Source: Botryllus schlosseri
Taxonomy: Eukaryota
Direction: 5' to 3'
NCBI GenBank assembly: GCA_051294905.1
Contig: CM119371.1
Coordinates: forward strand, 11,222,001 to 11,286,000
Length of the DNA: 64,000 nucleotides
In this document: in pieces, positions 11,051 through 24,151 of the stretch
Position numbering within the stretch: the stretch's first letter is position 1
Layout: each line of letters starts with the position of its first letter
Made by a program: the position numbers and the translations under genes
Notes under the pieces: generated by a model
Told to the model about the DNA's origin: nothing
The model's input: only the letters and a program-made list of their open reading frames with translations
The model's database searches: none

Positions 11051-13918
11051 CACTGGTCAACACATATTTTTAGGCAGACAAACTAAGTGTGGTTTTGAGA
11101 GTTCTGAAGGGCACTAATTCCGAATATGACCTTAGTTTCTTCAAATTGGCTTTGGTTTTGGAGATAACCCATGGGGCTATTTTGACTAAAATCACCCATT
11201 TTCGTTGTATTTGCTATATGGAAAATCGGCTCAGTCGTACCATAAAGTTTAGAGATTAAATCAACTTGTAATTTTTACGCACAGAGGACTCTTCTAAATC
11301 GAAATACAGCTACAGCACTATATTTAGGGGTATTTGATTTATCATAGCTACAGACTTTCACGGATATCATGTAGCTCATATAAATAAACTCCAGTCTTTG
11401 TATTTAACTAGATCAGTGGTTCTCAACCTTTTTGGCTTCGCAGACCCCTTTTGATTGTTACGGACCCTCGCGGACCCCCTAAAGTTTTAGTTCAATTTTA
11501 GCTCTATTATGGTGTAACCTTCATCTGTTTTGTGCAAATATGAACTGGAGGCTTGTGATAAACAGCAAAATGAATGATTTTTCTTGAAAATAACATCATA
11601 CTATTCATGTAGAAATTGGGAGACTTTAATACGTCGAAGCTACTTTTGCTGCTGTATTTCTTGAAGTACGTGGTCGTGTCTTGGAAATCCGCGTCCTTCG
11701 TTTTAATATGAACGAGGAGTGCCGAATACCATTTCTGCACATATAGATAGAGGCTAATTCAATATCACCGCATACCGCGTCCGACGATACTTTTGGTGTA
11801 ATCGCAATATTTATGGCACCAAAATGAGGAAACATACATTTTATGAACATATCACCCGCAACATCTAGAGCAGGGACGGACAACATACGGACCACGGGCC
11901 CTATTCGGCCCGCGACGGCATTTTGATCGGCTCGCAGAGAGTTTCTACCGTCAAAGTGAAATCCTAATCAAAAAGTATAGATAAATTTTATTCGCCAAAG
12001 AATGGATCCAAGTTTTCCAACCTTAGACAGACTGTTATGAAACGACTTGTTCTGTTCGGGTTTACGTATATATTGACGAGCAAACATTTTCTACCATGAA
12101 CAAATGAACATTAACGAGACAAGGCTGTAACTGGTGGTATGAATTTCGGTGTTGGAGCGTAATGGCTTAATAGCAACGAAACACTCCTTGTTCATCCAAA
12201 AACAGCCTTTTCGATATGGCATCCGCAATAAGAATGCGCCAAATCTGATTGATAGCCGCGAGCTTTAAGAGCAGTTATATCATTGTCCGATTTATGACGG
12301 TGTTAGCCGACAATAGTCTTGTCATTTCGATATGAATATACTACTCAATTGTATACTAAAGTTCTGTACCTCCAAGAAACTATCCAAATAGTTGTTACGT
12401 ATATCACAGGATAAAATGGATTTCGCGTAGCGAGGTTTCAATCCCTGCATTGGGACAAATTGGGGAAACACTTCGGAAATTTTCATTTCAAACGAATGTT
12501 CAGTAAATTTGACGAGACTGACAACTTCAAATCGAGAAGGGTTCGCAGACATTGCGACGTCATCCTGATTAACGGTACTATCTCCATATTTTTATTTTTT
12601 CCACAGACCCCAACAAAACGTCTCTAAACAGCAATATGTTTGTATCAGCAGGTTATTGGAAAATTGCTATGAAAATGAATTTCCCCTCTACGATAGTTCA
12701 TGTCAGACGATTATTATGATGATATGAGTCAAGAGGTTTTAGCAGTTGTGGTGCGAAACTTCCTCATGCTTTCTCAAATTAAAAAATAATATAAAAATAA
12801 GGTTATCAACAATTTTAAAAATTTAGTGGTCTCGCGGACCCCCTGAAATTGCTTCGCGGACCGCTAGGGGTCCGAGGACCCCCGGTTGAGAAACGCTGAA
12901 CTAGATACTCTAACAACGTGGAATTCATTCAATCAGTTTTACGTCAACCACCTAACGTAAATTTGAAATAATCAATTGGAATTTAATAATAACAATTTAT
13001 TTTAAAGCAGAATTGTTTATTGTACGATTTTCACTTGTAAGCTATTTAGTGCAGTTTTTCAACATGTTCCAGCTAACCTGCCACAATACGCTCATCTCAT
13101 CTGCCCTGATGTCTTTCTTTTGTTGTTTTGGTGTCTTGGTGAAACCGAGCCCCTTGCTAATCAACAAGATAATTAGGAAATATATCAAAATGACCGAACA
13201 GGTCGTGAACTTTTTTGCTCAAGTTTTCCATATGCAGATATCAATTTTCGGACCAACTGTTTCTAGTTGGATGCTTTGTGATTATCTAAAAAGTTTCATT
13301 TACTACATCTCAAGAGAAATTCCATGCGGTGAAGTCCTTCCTGATATGAAATTGGACTCTTTCATCGGTATTCGAATCTGAAATCTATCAAAAATACCAG
13401 ATTTAAGCTTTTCGTTTGATAGGGATGGCAGTGACTCAGCGGAAAATTACCCATTTACGAGTCAAAAGAAATGAGACGCATATGAGTATTGTAGTTAAGC
13501 TTTTTAAGGACAAATTTCATAGCTTCGTACTCCTATTGAATCTTGGTAGAATGAACAATTGATACAGGACAATATGTATTTCCATTGTGCAAAAGTGCAA
13601 TTTTTAGGCTTGACAAATTTCGCATCAGGTCATGTTTTGTTAATATTGATGGAATGACTGAGAACGACATGAGGTTTTTTCATACTCAATTATCTATTCA
13701 TAAGCAGTTTAGAATTTGATAAAACTACGATTTCTTCATTCCAAATTAAATATTAAAGGGTAAGTACAGTATTTCGGGGCTTTTTGAGGGGTGTAAATAA
13801 CTTCTGAACAAGAGCTAATCGGGAAAAATAATGTGATATTCGTAATCAGCAATTCCAAAAACCCCAGAAACGGCTCTCAGATGTTCTGCCATTTTTATTT
13901 TCATTTTGTGTACCCATG
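11051..13918 (-). mobile_element. Chapaev (CMC) DNA transposon fossil
   Basis: CACTGGTCAA terminus at 11051 and a degenerate opposite end. Minus-strand remnant at about 13060-13330 reads LVRKLISAYG..VHDLFGHFDIFPNYLVD*QGARFHQDTK..ERHQGR, matching the Chapaev SDEQGERFHQD motif. Confidence 0.65.
11414..12898. mobile_element. hAT non-autonomous element nested in the Chapaev fossil
   Basis: TIR CAGTGGTTCTCAACC / GGTTGAGAAACGCTG; perfect TSD AACTAGAT; decayed hAT dimerisation-domain sequence; same family as 59131-59988. Confidence 0.85.
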
Positions 13919-14383
13919 TTATTAACGTCGCACAATTTTTCTAACAATTGGTTGGGAAGTGAGAGCCGTGATCCAAACGTGTCAGATATTCTTTTGCATT
14001 GTTATCATAAGTATTGTGACATCTGTGAATGCCGGTAATTTTGCACACATGGTGAAACGACTATCGAGAATATACAGTGCAGAAGCACTCGGTTTTGTAT
14101 CGGGTAAATTTGGTCTTCAACATCGTTTTCAATTCGGATTTGAATATTGCTGTTTGATGGCACAGCTTTGCTTGTTTTGGGACTTCCGTATCATATAAAA
14201 GACCGAACTGAAGCGTTTCACACGGTTAATTCGAGTCTATAAATATGAATTCAATCTGTCAAAAATGAAATTTGAAAAATACCAAAAATAACACGGTCTG
14301 ACTATAGGTACTATATATGAATGTTGTGCACAAAGACTCCTTGCAGCTCATTGCCGTCCTTGGATGTAAATTTAAGTTTAGTA

Positions 14384-14676
14384 CAGTGGTTCTCAACCTG
14401 GGGGGCGCTTCCTCCTTGGAGGGGGGCGTGAAATCATCTGAAGGGGGCGCGAAGAAGCGGTAAACTGCGCGATTTACCTCAAATTCAAGCGTGTTTCTCT
14501 ATATATAGACCGAGTTTCATATTTTCGAATTCTGTCATCAACAGTCATAACCTTCCATGCCATCAAACAATTTTTTTGGGTTGCTAACATCCCAGTTGGA
14601 TTTTGTGATATGACGATGAGGGAGGGACAAAAATTTTCACTATCATAAAGGTTGAGACCACTGGTTGAGACCACTG
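14384..14676. mobile_element. hAT MITE
   Basis: TIR CAGTGGTTCTCAACC; right TIR present twice in tandem; perfect TSD GTTTAGTA. Confidence 0.85.
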
Positions 14677-14745
14677 GTTTAGTAGCTTGTTTGACTTACT
14701 AACGAACGACTAATAATCAATGCATACTTGCTATAGGAGGAATAC

Positions 14746-14802
14746 GTGAGACCTCGTCCGGCAGTTCTATAGTTTTCTGTGGAATGACGTCTTGGTAGTT
14801 AC
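14746..14802 (-). CDS. Putative 57-nt phase 1-1 exon (GNYQDVIPQKTIELPDEVS)
   Basis: GGCAG acceptor and GTATTC donor; weak similarity to exon 24672-24719 (GYWDVTP). Confidence 0.3.
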
Positions 14803-15047
14803 CTGCCAGGACAATAATAAGTCAAATATTGCAAACGTAAAGCTATTATAGGAATCTACCATGTACCGTGAAATATTCATATTCCTGAAAATTGCATACG
14901 GTTGGTATGATGTGTGGTTATGAGGAAATTGAGTTTATCGTAATTGCATATGCTAGCAGCGCTATAAAATTTGCGGATCACACCGAAAGTACCGGCTCAA
15001 TCACGCTTGTTCCATGCAACCAAATTACTGCCATCCACAATATTATT

Positions 15048-18000
15048 TTACATAAACGATGAATCGTACGTACTGAGTTTTCGTTTTGCATAACGCCATT
15101 CTGGTTGTAGTCGAATACCTACTTGCCACCCAGTACAGTAATCGTCACCTGGAAATAGGATCATTTAGTATTGCGGAAACAAATTAGTATCAACTCCCAT
15201 TTAAAAATATTATGTAGGCCTACGCCAATTAATTATATAGGGTATACAATATGATTTCCACCATAATTACTTCAAATCAGTAGCCTATTGTTTCTAACTT
15301 GATTCCATAATATTGTGAAACGAAATAATTACATACCGTTCAAAACTTGAACGCTTGAAATCATCAGAACTTTTTCTAATTCCATTTCGTCCAACATTTC
15401 AGTCTCGCGCCAATATATCAGCATGAGCATCTTTGAGTGCTTAGCGAGAGCAATGATGTCGTCAATTGAAGGGCGATATAGCCAATCAACTACACATCTG
15501 ATGCACTTCAACTGTGGTAGGATACGTTATTCCATATCAGTTAAAAGATAAGAAAATCATTTTTATTACTTCCTTCTGTTGACAAGCTTCAAGAATACTT
15601 TGCACGCACGTCGCATTCCGAACGTAGAACACCCATTGCACATTCACGTTAACACCAAATTGACATATGGTATTGATATGTTTCAAAATACCATTATGAT
15701 CTTCAATAGAAGTTTTCCCGTTCCCACTAATACTCAAATGTTCAGCCTGGAATAAAAACAAGCTCAAACATCAAAAATGAATGATCTGTAGAATTATTTG
15801 ACCTGATATTTCTCGGCATAATCTTCAATCAACGACCAGTTGATGTTGTTGTCTCCTCTGCAATCAAAGAAAATCGTTTCCATCTAAAAGTAATATTCCA
15901 CAATTAGACAGAGCTAATCGCGAACGCTGGTGATTATTTGCACATTCTGAATAATACTGTATAGTGAAAGCCTATTCACCCTATTTAGCCTATTCAGACT
16001 CTTGAATGCCTTTTTAAATGTACAACATGATATTTGAAACGACAACCTGATAGCTGCGAGCAAATAAATATATACGTACTTTTCATACATTTTAAGACTA
16101 CAGGACGTTATCATATCACATGACGAGTGAATATCACAGGTTCTTAGTTACAAGCTCCTACACCTCGATTACATACTCGAATGCAGTTTGTTTTCCCCAA
16201 GTAGAAATTACTTTATATAGCGATCACTCTTATATAAGAAATATCCATTAAACTTTGACTGAGCTAATTTTATGACGGTTCGAGATTACAACCGATAACA
16301 TTGCACCATTTATTTTTCATCAGTCACTTTATGTTGGTCACAAACATGCACATTAAAATATGAAAACTGGCGCCACGACTGAAAAACTTTAACATTCGTT
16401 CTCAAACTGGGAGAGGCCGTTCACGCTTTCATTTGGGGCCGTGAAGTCGACTTCTATCAAAACATACAAACCAAGCCTGTGCCTACAGAAGGAGTTTGTG
16501 TACAATCTAAAAAGAGTTCACTGTGCTTAAAAGCTCTCTCTGCCCCGATCACTCGAAATGACATGCCGGTGACGTCATATGTTGTGATACGTTTGTAGAT
16601 ATACAATGTTCTTTCCAATTCTTTACTAGTTGCTTACGACCACCCCTGACGAGGGTCAGCCGAAAATATTCGGGCTCATTTCAATATGTATATACAATTC
16701 AATTGTATAATAATATTTGCAACAAGATTTCAATTTGAATAGAGTTAATATTATGTTAGCTTATTTCCGTGAGGGTAAGACTGGTAATATGGCTTGTATC
16801 TAGATTCTAGAACAGTGGTCCCCAACGTGGGCGATATCGCCCCACCCCAGGGGGCGATTTGGCGATCTAGGGGGGCGAAAATGAGGAAGGGGGCGACAGG
16901 GGGCGAAAATGGACAAAGGGGGCGACGGGGGGCGGAAATAGCGAAGGGGGCGATTATTTTTTTTTTTTTTAGTCATCCACCTAGCAATGCGGAGCGAAAA
17001 AACGTTATTTTCAGCTCTGAGCGGAGATAGATGACCTTTTTTTTTTAGTCAACCCGCCGGTGATTCCAATCTGTATGCCCGATTATCGGTGCACAAAATT
17101 TGTGGGGCGATGATCGGTGTTGACCTTGAAAAGGGGGCGATGGGTCGAAAAAGGTTGGGAACCACTGTTCTAGAACGACACAAACTAGTTCTGAACTCAT
17201 GACCGTTGCAGTTTCGCGGTCGAGATCACATTTGTTGTATAACGGTGATGGACAGTGATCGTGTTGCTCTCATGAACCTGTAGGTTGAATGACTCGCTTA
17301 AAGGTTATAATGACGCATATATGCAGTGTGGTATTCCAGAGTCATGCGTTTGTGTATCTTCCATCTAGGCCACATAGAACACGCCTCAAATGAATGCACT
17401 AAGATTCAGACTCATGTAACTATACGGATAATTGTGCTGCATGAAAGCTGAGTTATCTGATGATGCCATGCATGAACCGAGGACAGCTGCAATCAAGGAC
17501 AGAGATACTGTAAATAACTGTCAATGAATCGTTACAATGATAAGTATCGATATATCACCTTATTAGTTGATGTAGCTCTCATGATCCGACGTAATTCATC
17601 CTGCGGAACATTGATTATAGTAGATTCAGGCTGAAGAAAGGCTTTGAAAAACGTTGCGATGCTCAAACGGTCAGTGTTGTGCAGTGCTTCGAATACCAGC
17701 TTCATTTTCTGAGACAGTAAAAATGTATTAATAGGTTTAACGTCGTCATTTAATATCATCTTCCATAGTTGGAAACCCAATAAATGGATAATACAGGAAT
17801 GAGCCGAAATTGCTGTAAGGAATTTCATTGTTAAGCATATGTTATGTTTAGTATGTCTGGCTATAATATCCTTCAGATCAGTGTTAGGGGAAAACGTCCG
17901 CTAATCTACAATGCTTCGCAAAATGAACCATATTGTCATATTTGCCGTATTTCAGAACGAAATTCTTAATTGTGAACCAGCATGTGATTAGCCAGTGCAG

Positions 18001-19370
18001 TTTTCCAACAACTTAACAAGGTCATAGGTTAAAACCCCATACACAGGGGTGTCAAACGTACGGCCCGCGGGCCGCATCCGGCCCGCAAAGCAATTCTGAA
18101 GTTCACTAAGTTATCCCACAATATGGAGAATGTCGAGCATGGTCATACGCCTCATTATGACCACCAGACAGCCAATTGACACCCAATTCCAAGAAGGCAA
18201 AAATGGGCACACCGAGTTCAGGGTTTTATAGAAATATGGATCAAATGTAGTTATTCACAGAAGCGAAAACGCTAATGCGAAACCATTATATGCCGGCTAC
18301 ATTGAGACTGGAATAGTAGCACAAAATATAATTAAAATATCCGTAATGACACTACGTTTACATATAAATCTCTTGTTCTCCTGACAATCCATACGCAAGA
18401 CAAACGCGAGAACAATAGCCACTTTATTTAACCATCCAATTATCGTACCTTTGCAGGTACGTTATTTTCAAATAACGGTGATGCTATAGAATAGAATCTC
18501 TATGATCCGATTTATAATGTAATGTAACATAATATCACCTGCATAGGCTTGGTAATAACGTAGTCAAGTGAAAAACAAAGGCATGGATTTAGAGGTAGCT
18601 TTATGGAATCATTTGATTGGTCCGGCCAGCGAGCGATCTGAATGTTTCAATCCTGCACGCGACCACAGTTGAGTTTGACACACCTGCTCTATAATAACTA
18701 TATTGTAGCACTGCGTGATAGTATACTAATTACGCAGTGCATCATTATCCCACGAAATTCTCTCGCATGACCGACTGTAACACTTATGAGTCCGTCTCGT
18801 TTCAGGTATAGGCACATTTTGACACATCTACGTGAACGTAGGCTTGCATATATCCAGCCATATTTGTATCGCCTATAATGACTGTAACTTGAGACTTCAC
18901 AGGCCAGGGTTCAGGCCTGTAGAAGTTAAGTAACGAGACAGCCATAACCGACAATACTGGTTGGAGTTGGAGTTAATCTAATAGCCTACTTCGCAAACGC
19001 AACAAGACTCAAATCACCCGCATCAAGTCACATTTTAACATGTGATGGAGTTGACTTGTAACTTAAGTATATATAGGCTACTATTCAATATTCCATGATG
19101 TATGTGTTTGTACTGGCCATATGGCCATTACAGTATCAGTTTGTTAATACTAAATTTAACCCGGCGGAAATTCATTTTTTCTGCGTAAGTGTTAGCACCG
19201 CCCGACGTGTCACCAGCAAATATATAGTCATAACATTCTTAACAAAGCTGCACCTTTTCTCTCACCTTCAAGTTAAAGTGCCCCAAAATACCTTTGCCCC
19301 TAATGTTCATAACGCAGCCCCTCTTCGTCAGTTCAATGTCGTGATTGGTTGTGGTGGTCACTTTGAGAAC
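15048..19370 (-). CDS. Putative 3' exons of NACHT module 2 (19266-19370, 17559-17708, 15570-15746, 15337-15511, 15048-15148)
   Basis: Five open exons with canonical AG/GT and compatible phases (0-0, 0-0, 0-0, 0-1, 1-stop); LRR-like AEHLSISGN. Confidence 0.45.
16813..17167. mobile_element. hAT MITE
   Basis: TIR CAGTGGTCCCCAAC / GTTGGGAACCACTG; perfect TSD TTCTAGAA; GGGGCGA subterminal repeats. Confidence 0.85.
18044..18686. mobile_element. hAT Charlie-type MITE
   Basis: CAGGGGTGTCAAAC..CGGCCCGC / GTTTGACACACCTG; no clean TSD. Confidence 0.6.
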
Positions 19371-21104
19371 CTGAATATTATTCAAATTAGTAGCAGAAGA
19401 TTCTTAGTTGTACATCATGATGAAGAGTACCGATCAGAGGTGGCAGAACTGCGGCTCGCAAGCCGCATGTGGCTCTCTGAACCCATTGTTGCGACTATTA
19501 AATGATTGCAAATATGTGCATGCTATTCCCCATCTTGTTAGGAGATTCAATGTGATGCATATATAGCCTAATATAACTTCTTAACAATATGCCGACAAAA
19601 ATAAGTACCAAATTACTGTGAAGTGCAGCACTATAAAGACTATGTTAGGCATTTGGGATGCCAACACGTCATGATACTGTGACCTCTGGTCTGGGTTAGC
19701 ATTGTGCGCTCTGTACTACACGAGGAATGTGGTACAACACAGTCATAACGTGTCAACAAAGCAATTTCAGCGCGATTTCAGATAGGGGAGTGGCAGAAGA
19801 GAGGGATCTTGCGAATAAAGAACTTGGATACGAAAGTGAATTAAGGTTAAATGACGGTTACCAAAATTTTATGAGGGAAATTTCAGGCACTCTTTAGCGC
19901 CCGCTAGCGGATTTTCAAAAAGGCTATAACACATGGCCTGTCAATATGACGTAACACTCGCAAAGCATTGTGCATCGCCTGTATACGGGAATGGAGAGGA
20001 ACATAGGGCATAAATTAGGCCCTCTCTAATGTGAGCTCTGGTGATTGCTACTTTCTAGGGTCTGAAATAGATTTCTTCACGGGCCGGATTAAATCGTATG
20101 GTGGGCCGTGTCTGGCCTGTCGGGATTGTATTTGACAGCCCTGCCATACTGTTTGGTAGTTGCGCCTCTCTGGCTGTGTGTTGTAACCAGGACCAATACA
20201 ACATTTTTTCAGCCCCTTATGCCCAAAAAGCACTGATCTTGGGCCTACCGTAGGGTAATCTATGAAACTTCTTGGGCACTTACTATATGCATGTGGTTGT
20301 TAAATTTTATGAATGAATTCTCTCGATAATATAGATTCTTCATTATATTAGGCTAATATAAAATGCACCAGCAGGTTGCAAATCCGGCGATTTCCAATCT
20401 TTCATGGTCGCGACCTCATTTCCAATTTGAAAATGTTCCGTGGCTCTACTCAAAATTTGATAAGCTGACCACGGTCTATTTTGGAAGCTGATTACGTCCA
20501 ACATCTTCGCGATCCTCGAATAAAGGCAAAACAACCCCAAGACTTGGAATCACAGTCAGTGACTGAAGCATCCAATCTGCCTTCACGAACTCTAGGAATA
20601 CACCGTTACCTTATAATTGTGATTGCAATTAGACTTTCTTTCAGCAAATTGTGGTTATTTATATTAATTTTTTATTGCATTTTTTGCGAGGGCGATGCCT
20701 GGCCCCTATATTAATAACAATATACGTTGCATTAACTCGCGCGCAGCGCGAAGAAAAATTTCGGATAGCATCAATCTACTTGAAAATAATATTATTTATG
20801 TTGATTTACGAAAAACTTTTGAGCCTACTTCAAGCCTTCCAAATTCTGGACATTAAGGCATATTTTAGAATTTCCCTCGGAACGCACTTTTTACAGTGAT
20901 ATTCCAGACATGTCCGGGAAACTCCGGACGTATGGCAACCCTAGGCTAAATGTCATATGCATATAAGCAAGGCTTGATATAACAGGTTCATCGAAATCTA
21001 GCCACCCACGTCGGGAGCATACTGCAAAGTTGTTACCTTCAAAACTTCAGATTACCTAACAAAAATAAAAATGTAGAATAAATTCAAAAAAGTAGCTTAC
21101 ACAC

Positions 21105-21409
21105 CTGAATGTGACTCGAAACGTGTTTTGCAATGACATGCAGGTCATTATCGTCAATGTTGCATTTGCCCAAATTCAAAGCTTCGAGACGTCCACTTCG
21201 TGCAATCAATGATCCAACGACGTGAGCTTGATCACGACTAAGTGACAATGCTGACACGTCGATCACGGAAAGACTTTTCATCAGGTTTCTGTTTTGAGAT
21301 TCGTAAATCAAGGTGTAGCATTCCATACGAGTGAAACTATCCGTTGTCTTCTCCAATTGCGGAAGAATAGATCGAGATAGAACCTGCTGTTTTTTCGTCT
21401 GATCTGCAA
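21105..21409 (-). CDS. Post-NACHT/LRR exon of module 2
   Basis: VADQTKKQQ..LMKSLSVIDVSALSLSRDQAHVVGSLIARSGRLEALNLGKCNIDD; TACAG acceptor, GT donor at 21104; paralogous to 1043-1350. Confidence 0.8.
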
Positions 21410-21669
21410 CTGTAACGTAAAAATAATTTATGAAAGGGAATAATGAGTATAGGAAGATGTATATATGTTCAACCTGATATTTTAAGAGCTATGCTTAATG
21501 TTAAGAAGACTCGACAGAATACATCCTTGAACCTTGATATATCGCTATATTACAATAGTCTCAAAACCGCAGAGTAAATATTTGTACTTGATGATAAATT
21601 GTAGGATAACTTGAAATAATATTTGCGTAAGTCTGAAATCATATGATATACCAATATATCTCATCTAGT

Positions 21670-22618
21670 CAGTGTTGGGATCAAGTCAGTACCTTCGAGT
21701 CACGAGTCATCTCGAGTCATTGCACATTTTGACTCGAGTCAAGTCAAGTAAATTCGATTTTCAAAGGTGACTCGAGTCAGGTCAAGTCACTCGTTTTTTG
21801 GAAGTGACTCGAGTCAAGTCAAGTCAAGTCAAGTCGAGTCACGAGTCAAGTCACAATTCAAGACAAATTGAATTTTCGAAGTGTCAGTGACGATTCAAAG
21901 TCATTACATTTTGCTAGCTGTGTGAAAAACAGAATAATTTGTCATTTATCTTGCATCAAATAACTGATATAAAGCTTAATATGCATGCAAGAAGGCGTCT
22001 ATCACACACACGTAGAACCGCAAATATAATAAGCGACTAACTGTATAGCTATGCTACAGTATGTTATAATATCAGCCAATAGGCTCGAATACGAAGCCTC
22101 GAGGAGTTGTAACAAATTGATATGAATTTGAATCTTTAAAGTGGGTTGGTAAAGGTGATCACTGCGCAATGTTAGCACTGAGCCGTCCAAGAAACATAGA
22201 TATGTTAATTGCTATTGTATTCTTATTCTTATTCCACTACTACTATACTACTACGACAGCGTAAGCGTAACCTGTGATCTTTTCGTCTGTCGTCAATATA
22301 TTTGTGATGCAATAATAGAGGATCATTCAAACGTACATTCAGTGAATGCCTGGTTACCTTCACAAGTGACACAAGCGTATTGCGAACAATACGAACATAT
22401 GCACAAAATACATTGATTTGATTGATACCGTTTACTTGATGACTTGAAATTGACTCGTAAATTTTGGTCCGAGTCACGAGTCAATCCGCATTTTTGAAGC
22501 GCCGAGTCAAGTCAAGTCAAGTCATTTTTGCAAAGTGACTCGAGTCAAGTCAAGTCATACGAAAAAGTGACTCGAGTCTGACTCGAGTCAAGTCATGACT
22601 CGAGTCATCCCAACACTG
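21670..22618. mobile_element. hAT-type MITE with GACTCGAGTC/AAGTC repeats
   Basis: TIR CAGTGTTGGGAT / ATCCCAACACTG; perfect TSD CATCTAGT; starts 25 bp into the intron after NACHT exon 2. Confidence 0.85.
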
Positions 22619-22643
22619 CATCTAGTATAAGGTGATATCTGAC

Positions 22644-24080
22644 CTTCGTGAAGATCATTCTTTGATTTGGAGAAGACAATTCCCGTAACGAATCGTCGGA
22701 CTACTGACCAACGATTGTCGCGTTGATATCTGACATCGAATCGCGTGAATTCATAATATTCCATTTCGGATGCAAAACTGGCAGCAAGAAATTCCTGAAT
22801 ACTTTGATGGCAAAAAAAGAACTTGAAGGTGCCTTCCATTAAATGACGGCTGAGAAGATTGTTTCCCGGAACTTTTGTCATCAGATCTTTAACTTCTTCT
22901 GCTGAAAGTCCGACTTTTGCCAAGTCGGCATCGTAAAATATGAGTTTCCCTTCCTCCATTCCTTGATATGCCATTGCTTTCAATTTGTTGATTACAGCAG
23001 CAATTTGTTTCCGATTTCTGATGTTTTCTACGCTTTGAAGATTTGATATGATCCTGCTGTACAATTCCGTGATTGTTGTGGGAGGATCTCTGCACGGGTC
23101 CCTTCCCATCACAATAGCAGTTAAAATTAGGAAAACGGGTACGGACACCAATTGCAGTAAACGTGGTGACATGGTTTCGATTTTTTCCCATAGTTCTTTG
23201 CCGTTTTTTCCGAGCAGAAAAATAAATAGTATTCGGGCATCTTCACTGGTGAGACCATTCAAAGCGATGATTATCTGAGGTCGGGCCAACGCCGGCAACT
23301 CCGAGATCTTATATTCACGTGAAGCTATGAATATTTTGACATGACGAAGAATATTTCGAGCTAGAATGTTGTACATAATTGTCGAGGTACTTGCTCGTTC
23401 GTATTTCTTAATCTTTCGAAGGCGTCTTCGGTCAAAATCCCATGTTGCTTGATCTAGCCCATCAAAAATCAAAATGGATCTAGTTTGGTGACCAAGCAAC
23501 CATTCGTATGCCTGATCTTCTTCAGCTTCGCTTTGATATAGACCACTGAATAGAAAGTGGGATGGTTTGATAGATTTTTCCTCTTCGATATCCTTCAATT
23601 CGACATAGTGGACCATTTCCATTTGTTTGTAATTGTCCTTTTTCCTTTCTTGGCTAAGAGCTTGGAGAGCTATTCTTCGCGTAAGAGTCGTTTTCCCCGA
23701 TCCCGCCGATGCAACTATAGCAGTAAAACCAATCTCGTCATCTGGCACTAAATCTTGGAGATTCCATATTGATGCCATAAAATGGTCCGCATCGATCACT
23801 TTGTTATCATTTTGTTGCTGAGGTTGAAACCCGACTTCCTTGGTAAACTGATTATAGAAATCTTCCTGTCTTGATGCGTTATTTCTAGCGTTGTCATCCG
23901 AATATTCCGTTCCAATGTGACCTTTGTAATAGTCTCCGACGTCGATCTTCAGCATCTGGGGGTAAACCGCAAAGTTCGGTTCATGAAGCTTTTCGTACTC
24001 AAAGTCGACGAGTAGATTGACTGATGTAATTTTTTTGGTATGGTCGTTGACGGTCTTTATCAGATATTCTTCAGCGACTT
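22644..24080 (-). CDS. NACHT-domain exon of NLR-like module 2
   Basis: AIVASAGSGKTT, ILIFDGLDQ, YNILARNILRHVKIFIASRE, FCHQSIQEFLAA; TTGCAG acceptor at 24081, GTCAGA donor at 22643; 1437 nt, phase 1-1. Confidence 0.9.
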
Positions 24081-24151
24081 CTGCAACACATATAGTTATA
24101 GAACGCTGGAGTTAGGAGGGATATATAGGGAGGATATGTATGCCTATCTAC

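Noticed and set aside
20343-20540. ORF as an LRR exon of module 2
   Set aside because: Overlaps apparent hAT-like terminal sequence and has no convincing splice sites or LRR consensus.
21700-22610. Short repeated palindromes as a CRISPR-like or regulatory array
   Set aside because: Irregular spacing inside a TIR/TSD-bounded eukaryotic MITE; ordinary subterminal repeats.
22588-22643. C-terminal tail of the 455-aa ORF
   Set aside because: Read-through past the splice donor into intron and MITE.
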